Shown here: positions 13,268 to 26,070 of the stretch, one piece after another
How positions within the stretch are numbered: the first letter of the stretch is position 1
Layout of the letters: each line of letters opens with the position of its first letter
Translations under genes and position numbers: made by a program
DNA from: Camelus ferus
Taxonomy: Eukaryota
Assembly (NCBI RefSeq): GCF_009834535.1
Contig: NC_045697.1
Coordinates: forward strand, 27,282,001-27,346,000
Direction of reading: 5' to 3'
Length of the DNA: 64,000 nucleotides
Notes under the pieces: generated by a model
Databases searched by the model: none
Seen by the model: only the letters and a program-made list of their open reading frames with translations
Told to the model about the DNA's origin: nothing

Positions 13268-13440
13268 GACCTTGGAAAAGGTACTGAATCGCTCTGTGCC
13301 TCAGTTTCCTCATCTGTAAAATGGGAACAATAATAATACCACTGTCCTTGGGTTGTCATAAGGATGAAATGAGTTAATATGTGTGAAGTGCTTAGAACAG
13401 GACCCGGCATATAGTAAGGCATGTAAATGTTAGCTATTAC
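13268..13440 (+). mobile_element. MIR SINE
   Basis: Well-preserved core CTCTGTGCCTCAGTTTCCTCATCTGTAAAATGGGAACAATAATA and 3' end AAGTGCTTAGAACAG. Confidence 0.9.
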
Positions 13441-14741
13441 ATGAAAAAATACTGAATGATTATCTTTTGGAAGCCAGACAAAATTTAGGTATGCATTTCT
13501 ATAATGTAGTGTTCCTTTTTAATGCTTCGACCAAGCTAATTGTGATTAAATCCAACAATGACAAATACCAAATATTTAAATGTTTTAAAGCCGAGTGGTG
13601 TTTTGTGTTTGTTTTGCGAACTTCTGATAGTTGAATTACCCTGGGAGTTTTCCTTCTCAGCTGGGCTGTATTTGTCAGAGTCAAAGTAAGCGTAACAAGT
13701 AGAACCTTGATCTCCTTCCTTTTGCATCTGATTGTTGAGTCTCTGTTTCTGTTACTCTTTCTTAATCCCTGTGACAGGATCCTCTGCTCTGCTCTGCTTT
13801 GCTTCTTGCACAGTTTGTTTGGATTCTACGCTCTCTCTTCCTCACTGCATAAGCCAGCCAGCCCGTGCAGTGGGTAAACTTTAGAACTTGATTTTGCAGC
13901 TTGTCTGTGCACAGTAAACAGCCAACCTGTGCCAGATTTCTTCTAGGCTCTTTTTTTTTGGCACAGGAGTGACGCCTGGCTGCTGTGGTCAGGAATGCCA
14001 CAGGCTCCACTGTGGGGCAGGGTGGTGGTGGGGAGCGGAGGGGGTGGGCAGGATCTGAGCTGAAATAGAAGAAATTCAACTTTCTGCTATTGCAGTCTTT
14101 TCTGTTGCAGAAAAGGATGTCATCACACCTTTGAGAAATTGATGATGGCCACTTAATTTCCCTTTTTACACTATAGTAGTTATTTTTAACAAGTAACTTC
14201 TAGAAATTCAAGGTCATATGAACTGTAGGCAGGATTATCTGAAGCACCATGAGCCCTTCCTGAAGGCTCTCGAGGCTGGGTTTAGGAGCTGTGGGCAGGA
14301 AACAAAGAATTTCTTTCTGGACTGCTGGTCTGAGCCTATCAACACCTTCCTCTATCTGTTGGTGCTTTAAATTTGTTGTGATGAAACTGTAAGATGGCTT
14401 AATGTAAAACATAAAATCATATCCAGTAATTTGTATCTTTCTAATCTCTTTTTGATGATTTCATAAGTGACTGGTGGTATCTGTAGTTAAGGGGTACCAG
14501 AGACACTTTTTCCTTCTGTATATCTAGTCTAGCTTTTGTCTGTTTATCTATCAGTCCAGCTCTTGATACAGAAGTGATCATGGGTAATTTATATGTACAC
14601 ACAAAATACAACAATAGTCTATGGATTAAAAATTGGATGACAGAGGAAAGAAACACAATGAAAAGGACATCATATTGAGTCAGATGAGAAAGCTAAAATG
14701 CAGTATCATGCAGCATTACACCTGTGTCATGTAACAGCACA

Positions 14742-14908
14742 CCAGTGGTTTCAAAGTTTAGCATGTATTTTTGGCCTCACCGTGAGAGTATTTGTTTAAA
14801 ATTCAGGTTCCTTGGCCTCGCCCTAGGAACTCTGACACCCACGTTGTTAACACGTCCCCCTTGGGGTTCTGAGGCAGTGGTTAGGACTGTATTCTAGAAG
14901 CACTGACC
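14742..14908. mobile_element. MER5A-like hAT MITE
   Basis: Termini CAGTGGTTTCAAAG ... CTAGAAGCACTG with degenerate MER5 interior. Confidence 0.55.
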
Positions 14909-15289
14909 TATTTCCTTGCTGCAGGTGGGTAAATTTGGCTTCCAGCTTTCTGGCAGTCAGCGTGAAAAGGGAAGATGATCCTGTCATAGTGTGTAGACGA
15001 TAACATCTTTGGCATAAGGTACAGATGAAGATTTAACTGCTTACATCAACTTTAAAGTCTGAATAGGCTCTTGACTTGCATAGGAATTCAGGAAGGAAAA
15101 GTCTTCTCTCGTCCTCTCTCACAAGAAATGAGTCCATGAGTCTACTGTATTCAATTAAATGGTATTAACTGACCTTCTGGGGATGTGTACCAGAATCTCT
15201 TAGAGAGAAAGGAAAAGAAGAGAAACGAAAGTGGAACTGGAGTGGAGTAAGGGGAGCTGGGAAAATACGAAAAAAGGAGCGAACTATCG

Positions 15290-15652
15290 ATATAAGCAGC
15301 AAATGGATCTCAAAATCATTACACCAAGCAGGCTACTCAAAAGAGGATATACTGTCTACCATATGACTCCATTTATATATAATTCTAGAAAGTGGAAACT
15401 ATCCTATAGTAACAGAAAGGAGCTCAGTGATTGCCTGGGAATGGGGCTGGGTAGGAGCAGGAAGAAGAATTTACAAAGGACGTGATAAAACTTTTGGGGG
15501 TGATGGAGATCTTTATCATCTTAATCATGGTCATGATTTTGCAGGTGTATACAAATGTCAAATTTATCAAATTATGCTATTTAAATATATGCAGATTATT
15601 ATAGGTCATTTGTACCTCAGTAAAGCTGTTAAAATGTGGAGGGGAAAAAAAT
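15290..15652 (+). mobile_element. Old L1M 3' end
   Basis: ATATGACTCCATTTATATATAATTCTAGAAA, CAGTGATTGCCTGGG, TACCTCAGTAAAGCTGTTAAAA. Confidence 0.75.
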
Positions 15653-16092
15653 AAGGTGTTAGAAATGCTGAAGAAATGGAACTAACCATTAGGACCAAAG
15701 AATTGGTCCTGACCAAGCCTTCTCACAGGTAAGGGCAGAATCCCTTAATGCCAAGCACCGTGGACCTGGCTGTGCCCAGTCACCAGCACGCGGTTACTCG
15801 GTGGGGATAACCATCCGCTGACTCTCACTGTGTCTTCGTTTCTTCACACAGTCTTTTACTGAGTAAGGGGAGAAAGAAGAATTCTCACATCAGCCGATTT
15901 CGGTGCTCACCGACAGTTTGTTCAGGGTTCAGACAAGAAGGCTTTGAAGGAGAATGGAGCGAAGTCTCTGAATTTACCTGTCTTCCATGTTTTTCTTCCA
16001 TTAATGTAAATCATTCTGAGATGGCTAACAGTGTTTGGTTGTAAGCTCAGATCCACTGAGCTGTTAGACAAGAGACTGTTTTTCTCATAAAA

Positions 16093-16426
16093 CAGTGGGC
16101 TCTTCATGTCCGTGGGTTCCACATCCGTGGATTCAACCGTGAATTGAAAGTATTTGGGGAAAAAATTCCAGAAGGTTCCAAAAAGCAAAACTTGAATTTG
16201 TCATGCAGCAAACTTTTTTTGAATTTCACTGGCAACTATTTACACAGCATTTACATTGTATTAGTTATTATGAGTAATCTAAAGATGGTTTAAAGTATAT
16301 GGGAGGATGTATGTAGGCTATATGCAAATACTAAACCATTTTATATAAGGGACTTGAGCATCTATGAATTTGGTATCAGAGAGGGGTCCTGGAACCAATC
16401 CCCTACTATTTAGAAGGCAGACCTAT
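16093..16426. mobile_element. MER2-like Tigger (TcMar) non-autonomous DNA transposon
   Basis: GGGTTCCACATCCGTGGATTCAACC, TATGCAAATACTAAACCATTTTATATAAGGGACTTGAGCATC, GGTCCTGGAACCAATCCCC. Confidence 0.85.
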
Positions 16427-16878
16427 GTGTTGATGTAGCATGAACATTGGTAACAACAAAGAGCATAGATATTCTTGAGCTCAACAAATTCAACCACATT
16501 TTGTATTGCTCCCTTTTTGTGCTTTACCTTTATTACTCAGATAAATTTAAATAAAATCATTTATTGGAATCATACCTGACTCAAAATAAAATAAAATACT
16601 AAATAACAATTATTTAAACTTAGTAATAAGAAATTTGGAAGAAGTAAACTTTTTAAAGATAGGATAAGCTAATTAAGTTATTAAACTTTTCCTTAAAATT
16701 CTGAGCTCTGTGGTTACAGGTTTCTAGAAGGATAGGTAACACTTTTAAGCAAATTTGCTTTAGTAATCTGAAGATTTGATACTGAATGAAATAAATACAA
16801 AACATATATTTGTTTTTCTAAAGGATTATTTATTTGCCAGATAGTAAAATAAATCAATAATTATAAATTATTTAAACA

Positions 16879-17460
16879 AAAGCATACCTTATTTTTCTAT
16901 ACTTCATTTTACTGCACTTTGTAGATGTTGCATATTTTTTTTTTACAAATTCAAGGGTTATGGCAGCTCCATGCTGAGCAAGTTTGTCAGCGCCATTTTT
17001 CCAACAGCATTTGCTCATTTGTGTCATTGTGTCATGTTTTGGTGTATGTGTGTGTATGTTTAGGTATCTGTGTCTATGTTTGTTTGTGTTTGTGGGTATA
17101 TATATGGTGGTGTGTATAGCTGTAGGTGTAAAAACATTCTCACAATATTTCAAACTTTTTCATTATTATTATTTTTGTTATGGTGATCTGTGACTGGTGA
17201 TCTTTGATGTTACTACTATGATTTGCTGAAGTCTCAGATGACTGTTAGCATTTTTTTTTAGCAATAAAGTATTTTTAAATTAAAATATGGACTTTTTTTA
17301 GATATAATGCTATTGCACACTTAACAGACCCTCAGTATAGTGTAAGCATAACTTATGTGCACTGGGAAACCAAAAAACTTGTATAACTTGCCTTTATTGT
17401 CATACTCACTTTCTCACGCTGGTCTGGAACAGAACCCACAATGGCTCGGAGGTGTGCCTG
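16879..17460 (+). mobile_element. Tigger1 internal-deletion derivative with a TG-rich simple-repeat insert (~17042-17130)
   Basis: Tigger1 5' end (GCATACCT...CGCCATTTTTCCAACAGCAT) joined directly to the 3' end (ATGCTATTGCACACTTAA...GGTCTGGAAC...GAGGTGTGCCTG followed by TA). Confidence 0.88.
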
Positions 17461-18446
17461 TAAGAGTGATGAAAAGGCACATTCACAAGATAAAAACTCC
17501 CTCTAACGATGGTAGAAAAAATCATACTGAGTTATACTTTGAGCAGTCTTCCCTTCGTATGGAGAAAGAATGCTTTAGGAGACTCTGTGCTACTGAGTTT
17601 ATATAAGAATAATGATGGTTGTTTCCATTTCTTATCTGCCTGCTTTATGCCATTTTCACTATAGGTACTAATGTATTTTATTTCCAGCTGTCACACGAAT
17701 TCCTGAGAATGAAGTCCTATTGTCCTCATTACCCTCTTACCCTTTCTCCACTCTACTGGGTCCTTGCTACTCAAACTCATTTACACCAGATGTTGTATAA
17801 ACTTCTTCTCTGATGTAAAATAACTTCTACCCTTGCCTGTGCCTCAACTCTAGTTTACTTTGTCCTGATAACAGTAACTGAGTGGGATCAAGAAATACAC
17901 TTTTGAAATGATGAATTGGATCTAAAAGTTCTGTCTGTCCCATCTTCCCCCATCAGCTTCAGTTGGTAGGATTTTGACTAACAAATTTGGAATCATCTGA
18001 GAAAATCTTAAACTCATCTGTCATTGGTTTTTCCCCAGTGGCAGCTAAATATTGCATTCGTGGGCTTTTGCCAGAATAAACAGTCTGAATCTTCAGTGAG
18101 GGCTCTGGAACCTAACTCCCAGTTATTCTTAAAGGCAGTGTCAAGACTGGGCCTCTTTAGTTTGTCCTTTACAGAAAGAGCTGTCAGGTCCCTCCACTGA
18201 TCCCTCTCCTGGTGCATTGTCTAGCCCACTAAATGGAAAGAGAATACACAATCGTTTTCATTTCTGAGCTTTTAGTTGATGTGGGACACTAAGAACAGTG
18301 ATGTTTCATAACTGCTTTAATGCATTCCTTAGACTGAAGGGCATATGAAATCAGCTTTTATTGTTCTCATTGATACTTGGGAAAAATAATTTTACAAGGC
18401 TTTCAGGGTGGAAAAAGGCACTAGAAAATCAAAAGTGCAAATCTAT

Positions 18447-18609
18447 GCAAAGGTTAACCACTATATATAAAAATAGATAAAAAATAAATTTCTTCTGTAT
18501 AGCACAGGGAACTATACTCAACATCTTGTAATAATCTTTAATGAAAAAGAATATGAAAATGAATATATGTATATGTATATACATATATATATATATGTTT
18601 ATGTATGTG

Positions 18610-18641
<32 letters not shown>

Positions 18642-18734
18642 TGACTGGGACATTATGCTGTACACCACAATCTGACACATTGTAACTGACTAACTTCAAT
18701 TAATTAATTAATTAATTAAATTTAATTAAAATTT
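18447..18734 (+). mobile_element. Young lineage-specific L1 3' end containing (TA)n(CA)n
   Basis: CTGTATAGCACAGGGAACTATACTCAA...ACATTGTAACTGAC; perfect 16-bp TSD AAAAGTGCAAATCTAT at 18431-18446 and 18735-18750. Confidence 0.92.
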
Positions 18735-19145
18735 AAAAGTGCAAATCTATTTTAAATATAAAGCTATTTCTTTTAAGAGGGATTTGACTTGCCATTGTAA
18801 CTCTCCTGAGCAGGAATGGCCCTGATAAGGCATCAAGTCAAATTCTTTCCTTTTACAAGTAGGAAACTTTGACTCAGAGGAGCTGAGTGCTGCCAGCCAC
18901 GGGCAGAGCTGGGGCTGGGACCCAGGTTCCTGGCTTCCTGCCCTCTCAAAGCAATTTCTAAATGACTTTCACATAGAACATAATTTTAAAACAGTTTACT
19001 TAATAAACTTAAAACTTAACAAATTTAAAAGAGTTTTAAAACTTCTATTGGAATATTGTATCAAAGTAGGTGTGATACCAGGTGGTTAAATCACAATGTT
19101 ACCTACATTCTAACCTGAGATCTGAAAATTTTTACACCTACAGCT

Positions 19146-19400
19146 ATGTACACAAACACATATATACTCACAAACACACACATAGATACACACATACCTA
19201 TACACACACATACATATATAGCCTACACATATATACATCTGCACACATACCTACCTATGCATACACACATATACATACATGTATATGCCAACACACCCAC
19301 ATACGTGTGTATACATATATATATACATGTGTTTGTGTGTGTATATATACATACTCCTATATGTATACACACACGTATGTATCTATACATGCACATGTAT
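19146..19400. repeat. Degenerate (CATA/CA/TA)n simple repeat
   Basis: About 250 bp of alternating purine-pyrimidine ACAC/ATAC/ATAT sequence. Confidence 0.9.
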
Positions 19401-19409
19401 AGCTGAACA

Positions 19410-19630
19410 GTAGAAAATAAGGGCTCTGAAATCAGGCAGACTTACAACCCTACTGATATTGGCTGTGTTTCCTTGGACAATTATGTGAACTTTTAAAGTC
19501 TAAGTTTTACCATTTGTAAAATGAGGAAAATAATACTATTCTTTGGCTGTGAGAAGCAAAATAAATATGTTAAGTATTTAGCACATTGTCTGCCATTTAA
19601 TAAGCTTTCAACAGATGTTTGTAGCTAACA
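19410..19630 (+). mobile_element. MIR SINE
   Basis: GGGCTCTGAAATCAGGCAGAC...CATTTGTAAAATGAGGAAAATAATA. Confidence 0.7.
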
Positions 19631-20734
19631 TTGTGACCAAAATGTACAAAATGTTGAACAGTGAGTAAACTTAAGAAAAGAAAGGCATGTGTCCTAGCTT
19701 GTCCTCCGTGCTGATCGTATTCATCGCGGCAGGCCGGGTACCTTGGGGGTGGGGACTGGGCCTGAGCCATGGAAAGGGGCATAGTCCTGCTCATTTGGGA
19801 AGAAGGGCTTTTGGACAGAGAGTGATCTGTGTGATCAGCCCTTGGGATCTTGGGATCTTGGGATCCTAGGAGGTGGGGGAGCCAGACAGCCTGTTGAACA
19901 GCGTTGTCCCAGGTCAGAGATGAGTGCTGCCTGTGTTGTGTGTGTTTGGCGTAAATGAAGACACGTACATGCGTCAATTTGTATTGCATGAACAGTGACC
20001 CCTGGATCGGCAGGAGAAAGCTGGTGCACAAGAAACTTTGGCAATAGGTGTCCAGAGTGTTATGGGCTGAATTCTGAGGCCAGGGGATGGAGGGGTGTGA
20101 GTGTGAAGGCAAGAGCAACCAGACTGATTGGAATCTGGAAAGGTCAACTGGCAGGACAGCTGTTGGTCTGGAGACAAATCCAAGAGGCAAGCCCAGAAAC
20201 TCAGGATGAGTCAGAAGGGCATGGACATCACAGTGCAAGGTGTCCCTGAGCCTGTGCCAGAGGCAGATAGATGTCCATTAAGCCGTGCTAACAACCCACG
20301 GACCCAGGGTGGGTCCAAGACCAAGAAAAGGTTAGCCAGAAGTGAGTCCAAGAAACTGGCTGGGAACTAGAGGGAATGAAGACAGTCAGTCACGGGCCTG
20401 ACCAGCACAGGGACAGACTCGGAGGGAGGAGATGAAGGTGGTTACTTCTACTGCCATCTATTCCCAGAGGCTCCCTGTGCAGCATTTGTGCCCCCAGGCC
20501 TGAGAGTGGATGCAAATGCCTTCTGGCAAAAGGAAGGCAGCAGAGGGAGCAGAAGGAAGAAAGGGTTTGCTTTTGTTAGGATGGAAAGCGGAGTTTGCCA
20601 GCCTGACAAAGGCTAATTTCCAGAGGTTTCTGTGAGTCAGAGGCTTCGGCAGGAGCGCGCTTTCTCTGTAGGCTCCGCTGTTAAATGTTGCTTGTCTACA
20701 GGTTTCCATCATAGACTTGCTTTTCTTCCCACGT

Positions 20735-21120
20735 GTATCAGTCAGAGTAGGCTTGGTTTTGCTACAGTAACAAACGATCCCCAAATCTCAGTGCCTTATA
20801 ACAGCATTTATTTCTTCTCTAGCTACATGTTCACTGTGACTTCGCTATCACTGGGTTACTAATAACCTTTGTTCTGATGGCCGGGCTGACTGTGTAGCCC
20901 CTCTCTGGAAAGTTGTTGCTTGTCAGAGCAGATGGAAAAGAGATCATGGAGAACCCTGAGCCAACTTTAAAGCCTCTGCACAGAAGGGAGGTGACACATG
21001 TCATTTCCATTCACATGCCATTGGTCAAAACGAGTCATGTGGCCAAGCCTAACATCAACAAGATGGCAAAATTGAATCCTTCCCCAGGAAGGGGTGACGA
21101 CTCTTTGTAAGAATAACACA
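20735..21120 (-). mobile_element. MaLR LTR (MLT1I/J-like)
   Basis: TGTATCAGTCAGAGTAGGCTTGGTTTTGCTACAGTAACAAAC...CCATTGGTCAAAACGAGTCATGTGGCCAAGCCTAAC. Confidence 0.75.
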
Positions 21121-21149
21121 GCCCACCCCATGATGGTGTCGCCCCCAGG

Positions 21150-22195
21150 GGAGTCTCACTACCCCCATACCTCAGTCACTGCCCATATTCCTGGAGCAGG
21201 TCCTCTAGTTCTGATCTCTGCTTAAATCCCAGCCCACATCTGCAGCTGCCAATCAGGCAGTTTTCTGTGGTCACTTTAAGCTGAACACAACCAAATGAAA
21301 GTCATTTCCTCTTCAGTGTTTCATTTGTGTTTGATTAAGAGCCCCTGTCCACCCGGATCAGACACCTGGGTGTCATCTTCGACTCTTCTCTCTCCTTGTT
21401 CACCTCATATCCACCCATCAATCAGAAAGTCCTTTTGACTGTACCCAGTACCTATCACTTGAATATTTCTGCTTCTTTTCATCTCTCCTACCCCTGCTGG
21501 ATCAGGATCCAGTCTGTATGCTGGACTACTATGGTGAGCTCTTAAATAATCTGATGCCTCGTGTTTCCCCACTCCAGTTCACTCCACCTGGCATCTAGTG
21601 ATCTTTCTAATTTGCAGGATCAACAACACACTCTCCTGTTGTCACCTGTGCTTAAGTTCTTAAGCAGAGGCTTCTGATTGTTCTGAGAATAAATCTGTGG
21701 ACACTAATACAGTCCTTCATCCACCTTTCCAATCTCACCTTAACCGTAATCCCCCCCCCCACAACTGCTACGTTTCTTGCCCCCAGCTTGCTGAACCCCC
21801 TCCATTTTCTCTAACGTGCCGTGCCCCTCTTACACTAGAATATTGTATGTGTTGTTCCTTCTGACTGTGATGCTTCATATCCTCTTCAGCTGGCTAGCTT
21901 TAATGCATCCCTCAGGTCTTAGGTGAAACATCACTTCCTCTAGGAAGCCTTCCCTGGCCGCTTCCTAAACCAGGTAAGGTGTTCCAATCACGTGTTTCTA
22001 TGGCACTGTGCTTCCTTTTCTCTGGCACAGATCGCCCTTGAGAGCTTTGTTAAATGTCTGTTGTCTGTCTTTGCTGCTACACTGTAATCTCTTTGAGGGC
22101 AGTGACTACTTCAGCATTATGTATCCAACTGCTAGCAGAGTTTCTCAAGTAGTCTAGGTGCTGGTAAGTGTTTATGGAATGGTGATGAATGATCG
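21150..22195 (+). mobile_element. LINE-2 3' portion
   Basis: ACCTGGGTGTCATCTTCGACTCTTC, CATCACTTCCTCTAGGAAGCCTTCCCTG, CTCTTTGAGGGCAG. Confidence 0.7.
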
Positions 22196-22529
22196 TTCAT
22201 GGTGTCAAAGAGTAGGTCTGCCCTCAATTCCAGACCCGAAGGACATGAAAAGTTCCTTGCTTCCTTAACGTCAAGGGAAACTAAGAAAGACAAGCTTGGC
22301 TCAGGGGTACTATCAGAGTAAAACAGACTTCTGGAGAAAGGTAAAGGAAGGGCAGGGCTGGGAAGAAGTGAGATCCAGCAGCCCATAACCTCCTCACAGG
22401 AATGGATATTTATTTTGTTCACAGCGGGATCCCCATGCCTAGAACAGTGTTGGACACATATCAGGCAGTTCACAAATACTTTATCAAATGAATAAATGAA
22501 CAAATTGTGGGTCCGGATTCTTGGCTCCA

Positions 22530-22998
22530 GGAATCAACTCCGACTGATGTAAGCAGAAAAAAATTTATTGGAAGGATACAGGGTAGTTCTCGGAATTAAC
22601 GTAAAGACTAGAGAATCCAGCTATGCAGATGAGCAGCAACCAAGGGCAGCCAGGCAGCTGGAACCACGGCCAAGGTTGCAGCACAGGAATACCCTGCTAA
22701 GAACACCACCGTGGGCACCCCAGCTGCCAGGCACTGCCGTCCTTGGCACTGCCACCACTGGCCATTAGCTGCGGCGCCACTGGACTCCACGCCTCTGCTC
22801 CCCTTGTGAGTCAGATCTTGCCGACCCTATTACCTGACTTTACTCCTTCAAGATTCAAATGCCAGACAGGAATGAAGCCCTGATTGACTGACAGAACCAA
22901 CATTGATTGCCTGTACATTAGCTGCCAGAAAGTAGGAGAGACACAGGGAACTATATTCAATATTTTATAACAACTTTTAATGAAAAAGAATATGAAAA

Positions 22999-23032
<34 letters not shown>

Positions 23033-23235
23033 GGACTGAGACATTATGGACCAGAAATTGACACATTGTAACTGACTATACTTCAATTAAAAAAAAAAGA
23101 AAGAAAAAGTGGGAGACAGTGAATATTTGTCCCCTGTCAGCAGAGGGGGCCATTCTGCCACCTGTTTTACAATTTCTCCCTGAACAAGGCAGTCATTCAA
23201 TGCTGTGCAGCCTAAAAATCTTTAAGTGTCCACTC
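22530..23235. mobile_element. Old MaLR (MLT1) LTR interrupted by a young L1 3' end
   Basis: TAAGCAGAAAAAATTTATTGGAAGGATA... and post-insertion continuation; subfamily not resolved. Confidence 0.45.
22943..23105 (+). mobile_element. Young L1 3' end with (TA)n, same family as 18447-18734
   Basis: ACAGGGAACTATATTCAA...GAATATGAAAATGAATATA...GACACATTGTAACTGACTATACTTCAA plus poly(A). Confidence 0.88.
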
Positions 23236-23571
23236 TGGGAGGACTGGACAGAAAAATGTAAAACCAAGGAAAGAAATTTTTTCCTGTAAAACACTTAACA
23301 TTTAATATTTATAGTAAATGCTCACTATAAAAAAAATGCAGTCAGTTCAGAAGTGTGTAAAGTATAAAATGTAAGTCCAGTCCTTACCCTACCCCAAGAC
23401 AGAACCACACTTACCAGTTGGGAGTAGGTTCTGACTTCAAGAGACTTCTCAGTAAGAATTGCTTCTTATATTATACAGGGCTGAACTTCATCATTATTAT
23501 CAGGTACTTACAATTTACATGTAAAGCTTGTAGTCTGGTATTTTTTACTTGAGAATAAAGTGACTGCTTGG

Positions 23572-23800
23572 AATTAGGAGTTTGAGATTAACAGATACAA
23601 GCTACTATATATAAAACAGATAAATAACAGGGATCCACTATTTAGCACAGAGGACTATATTTCAATTTCTTGTAGTGAGCTGTAGTGGAAAAGAAACTGA
23701 AAAAATAAATGTATGTATATGCGTAACTGAATCACTTTGTTGTGCACCTGAAACTAACGTTGTAAACCAACTACACTTAAGTGAAAAAAAGAATTTTTTA
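23572..23800 (+). mobile_element. Artiodactyl-type L1 3' end
   Basis: AATTAGGAGTTTGAGATTAACAGATACAAGCTACTATATATAAAAC...AACTGAATCACTTTGTTGTGCACCTGAAACTAAC. Confidence 0.85.
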
Positions 23801-24225
23801 AAAGGTGGCTGTTTGGAGTCTCTAGGCCTGGCCATGTGTGGTGTTGCTGGGGTTCCTCTTCCCAGGAGGGCCCCCTCCCCCGCCCCCACCCCAATGAAGG
23901 GTAAGCAGCTTTGTTGTGCTGTATTGGACATGATGGGGTATTTCTTGCTTGGGAGAGATCAGGGATGTGATGGCATCTGTCATTTTGATGGGTGAGCAAA
24001 ATTTGGGTTCCGTTGGAGAAAGGTACTCACTTTGCCTTTGCTCAAGCTGATTGAGGGCTCAAAGGAATAACTTCCTGTTCAGGATGTCATATGTGGAGAG
24101 TTCTGGTCATAAAAAAAAAAGCAAAAATGATCTGAAATCATATTTTGCTGAGATTGTAAAGAAATAAAGTTCCAGAACTGACCCATTCTCAGCTGACCTC
24201 CAGGGAAGTTATTCTGGATGTGTAG

Positions 24226-24321
24226 CTGTTCATTTTCCATGTTCTGTTGGCAGCTGGCTGGTCTGTAGCACCCAGGAAGGTGTGTTCGGTGCCCCACAGA
24301 GGTTGGGCAGTGCAAACGTAA
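24226..24321 (+). CDS. TBC1D1: Candidate alternative terminal coding exon (LFIFHVLLAAGWSVAPRKVCSVPHRGWAVQT*)
   Basis: Repeat-free; CTGAC branch-like motif 24193-24197, TAG acceptor 24223-24225, phase-0 frame open for 31 codons to TAA, AATAAA at 24391. The polypyrimidine tract is weak and competing AGs lie at 24192 and 24203. Gene assignment relies on unverified recall of a short human TBC1D1 transcript ending in intron 2. Confidence 0.3.
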   Translation: MFIFHVLLAAGWSVAPRKVCSVPHRGWAVQT

Positions 24322-25624
24322 GACTCTTTTATAGGAGACAATTTGCATAAAGAACAGAAACTTGGTGCTCAAATAAGTGATTTGAATTTTAATAAAGTAG
24401 AACTGGTTGTTAAAAATCTTATTTGTAAGAAATATATGAAAAATCATGTTAAAGTTGTAAACTAAATAATATACTTTAGTGAGGTTGGATAAATGCATGT
24501 CAGGTTGTTACAGGGCTGACCCAAACTGGTCACTGACATTGGCCCCAAAGTAAGGCCCTGGACTGGTATTCTGTGGTCTCTAAAGAACCTGGGAGCAAAA
24601 GCCAGCATCCTGCTTTGCTCTTTGTTGTCACAGACCCAGGTTTCTGTCTGGGAAAGATGCTGCACGTAATTTTTGAATGGTATCATGTGCTCCTTCTGTA
24701 CCAAGCAAGCAGTCCACAGTATTTCTACAGAGAAGGGTGCAGACACCATAAGATTATGGTGCGACATCCAGGATTCCCATACACAGCCTTCATTTTCCAT
24801 GTTGTGTCATCTTAGTACCTAAACTGGTAGCAGTTAGGTTTTATACTTGTGAAATGGTATAATTTTTAGGTCTTTTTGAAGGAATCGAGTGAACAGATAT
24901 GGCTTGAAATTTTTAAAATGTGGATTAGTTGAGACCATTTCAGTTTGGAATCACAGCCAAAATAGAAGTCATCTGTGAATCATTTGGAAACATGTAGACA
25001 CTTTGAGTATTGACAACAGAGAAGGACCTTCGTTAAAAATATTATTTTACAACATGTGATTACAGCAAAGCTGTAATGAACATGACAGAAGGCCATAATA
25101 TTCTGCTTATATGAAGAAACTCTGGCTCTTTTAAGGTACCAGTTAAAGTGATAACATTTAAAAATAGGTGAAAGCAAGACACTGTGATATCTTAATTGGA
25201 ATTTAATTTGCTCTTGCTTTGGTATCTTGAGTGTGATGCAGACAATCCTGAATAGACTAGAAATGTTGGAAAACCCCGTACCATATGAATCTGTTAAGAT
25301 CATAGCCTTATTTTGTCTGAGCAGGAAGTGAACAATTCTGTCATATCGCCAAGGACAGGTGAGACCGTGACCGGAGCATTGAAGGGCCCGCAGTGGCCCA
25401 AGGGAAATAATTAGAGGCATCAGCTGTGGAAAGAGGAAGCTGGGTTGTGGTGGCTGCAGTGGCCAGAAGTGAGAGCTGTGGGGGCAGCAGCAGGGGACCA
25501 GTGGTGTCTGGAGAGGGAGTGTGGGAGCGCAAGTCATAGCGATGCCAATGTTAGTTGTTTCTTCAGGCCACGGGCTACGAGCCTGGTGTGCTACTGGGCT
25601 TTACAAAATTTCAGTACAGCTACG

Positions 25625-26070
25625 AGAATCTACATGGAAATGAAGATGTATGTCCCCACAAAGTCATGTACACCAGTGCTGCTAGCAGCTTTATACGTAA
25701 TAAGCCAAAAATGGAAGACAGCCTAGAATTTGAAAACAACCCAGATGTTCATCAACAGGTGGCAAGTGGAATGCTCCACACCAATAAAAAGGATGCACAT
25801 AGCAGTGTGGAAAATCTCAAAATCATTTGCTGAGTGAAGCAAGTTGTTCCCCCACCAATAAAAAGTGTACATGCTATGTCATTGCATTTATATAAAACTC
25901 TTCAAAAATGCGAACTAATCTTTAGTGAAGAAAACAGATTAGGGTGGCTTGTGGGTGGGGCAGAGGGAGGGAGGGATTGCAAAGGGGCGCAAGAACTTTG
26001 GAGAGTGATGGAAATGTTTGGTAAATTGCTTTGGTTTCACAGGTATGTTCATAGGTGAAAACGTATCAAA
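25625..26070 (+). mobile_element. Old L1M 3' end
   Basis: GAAATGAAGATGTATGTCCCCACAAAG, AACAACCCAGATGTTCATCAACAG, GAACTTTGGAGAGTGATGGAAATGTT. Confidence 0.7.

Noticed and set aside
19082..19406. His/Thr/Tyr-rich ORFs
   Set aside because: They are translations of the (CATA)n simple repeat.
19841..19867. (CTTGGGAT)3 and other short direct or inverted repeats (e.g. 15691-15710, 32093-32121)
   Set aside because: Ordinary slippage duplications or chance hairpins; there is no repeat-spacer periodicity, so this is not a CRISPR-like array.
19597..20238. Longest ORF in the track (213 aa, minus strand)
   Set aside because: No domain similarity I recognise, no promoter or splice context, and it ends in a MIR.
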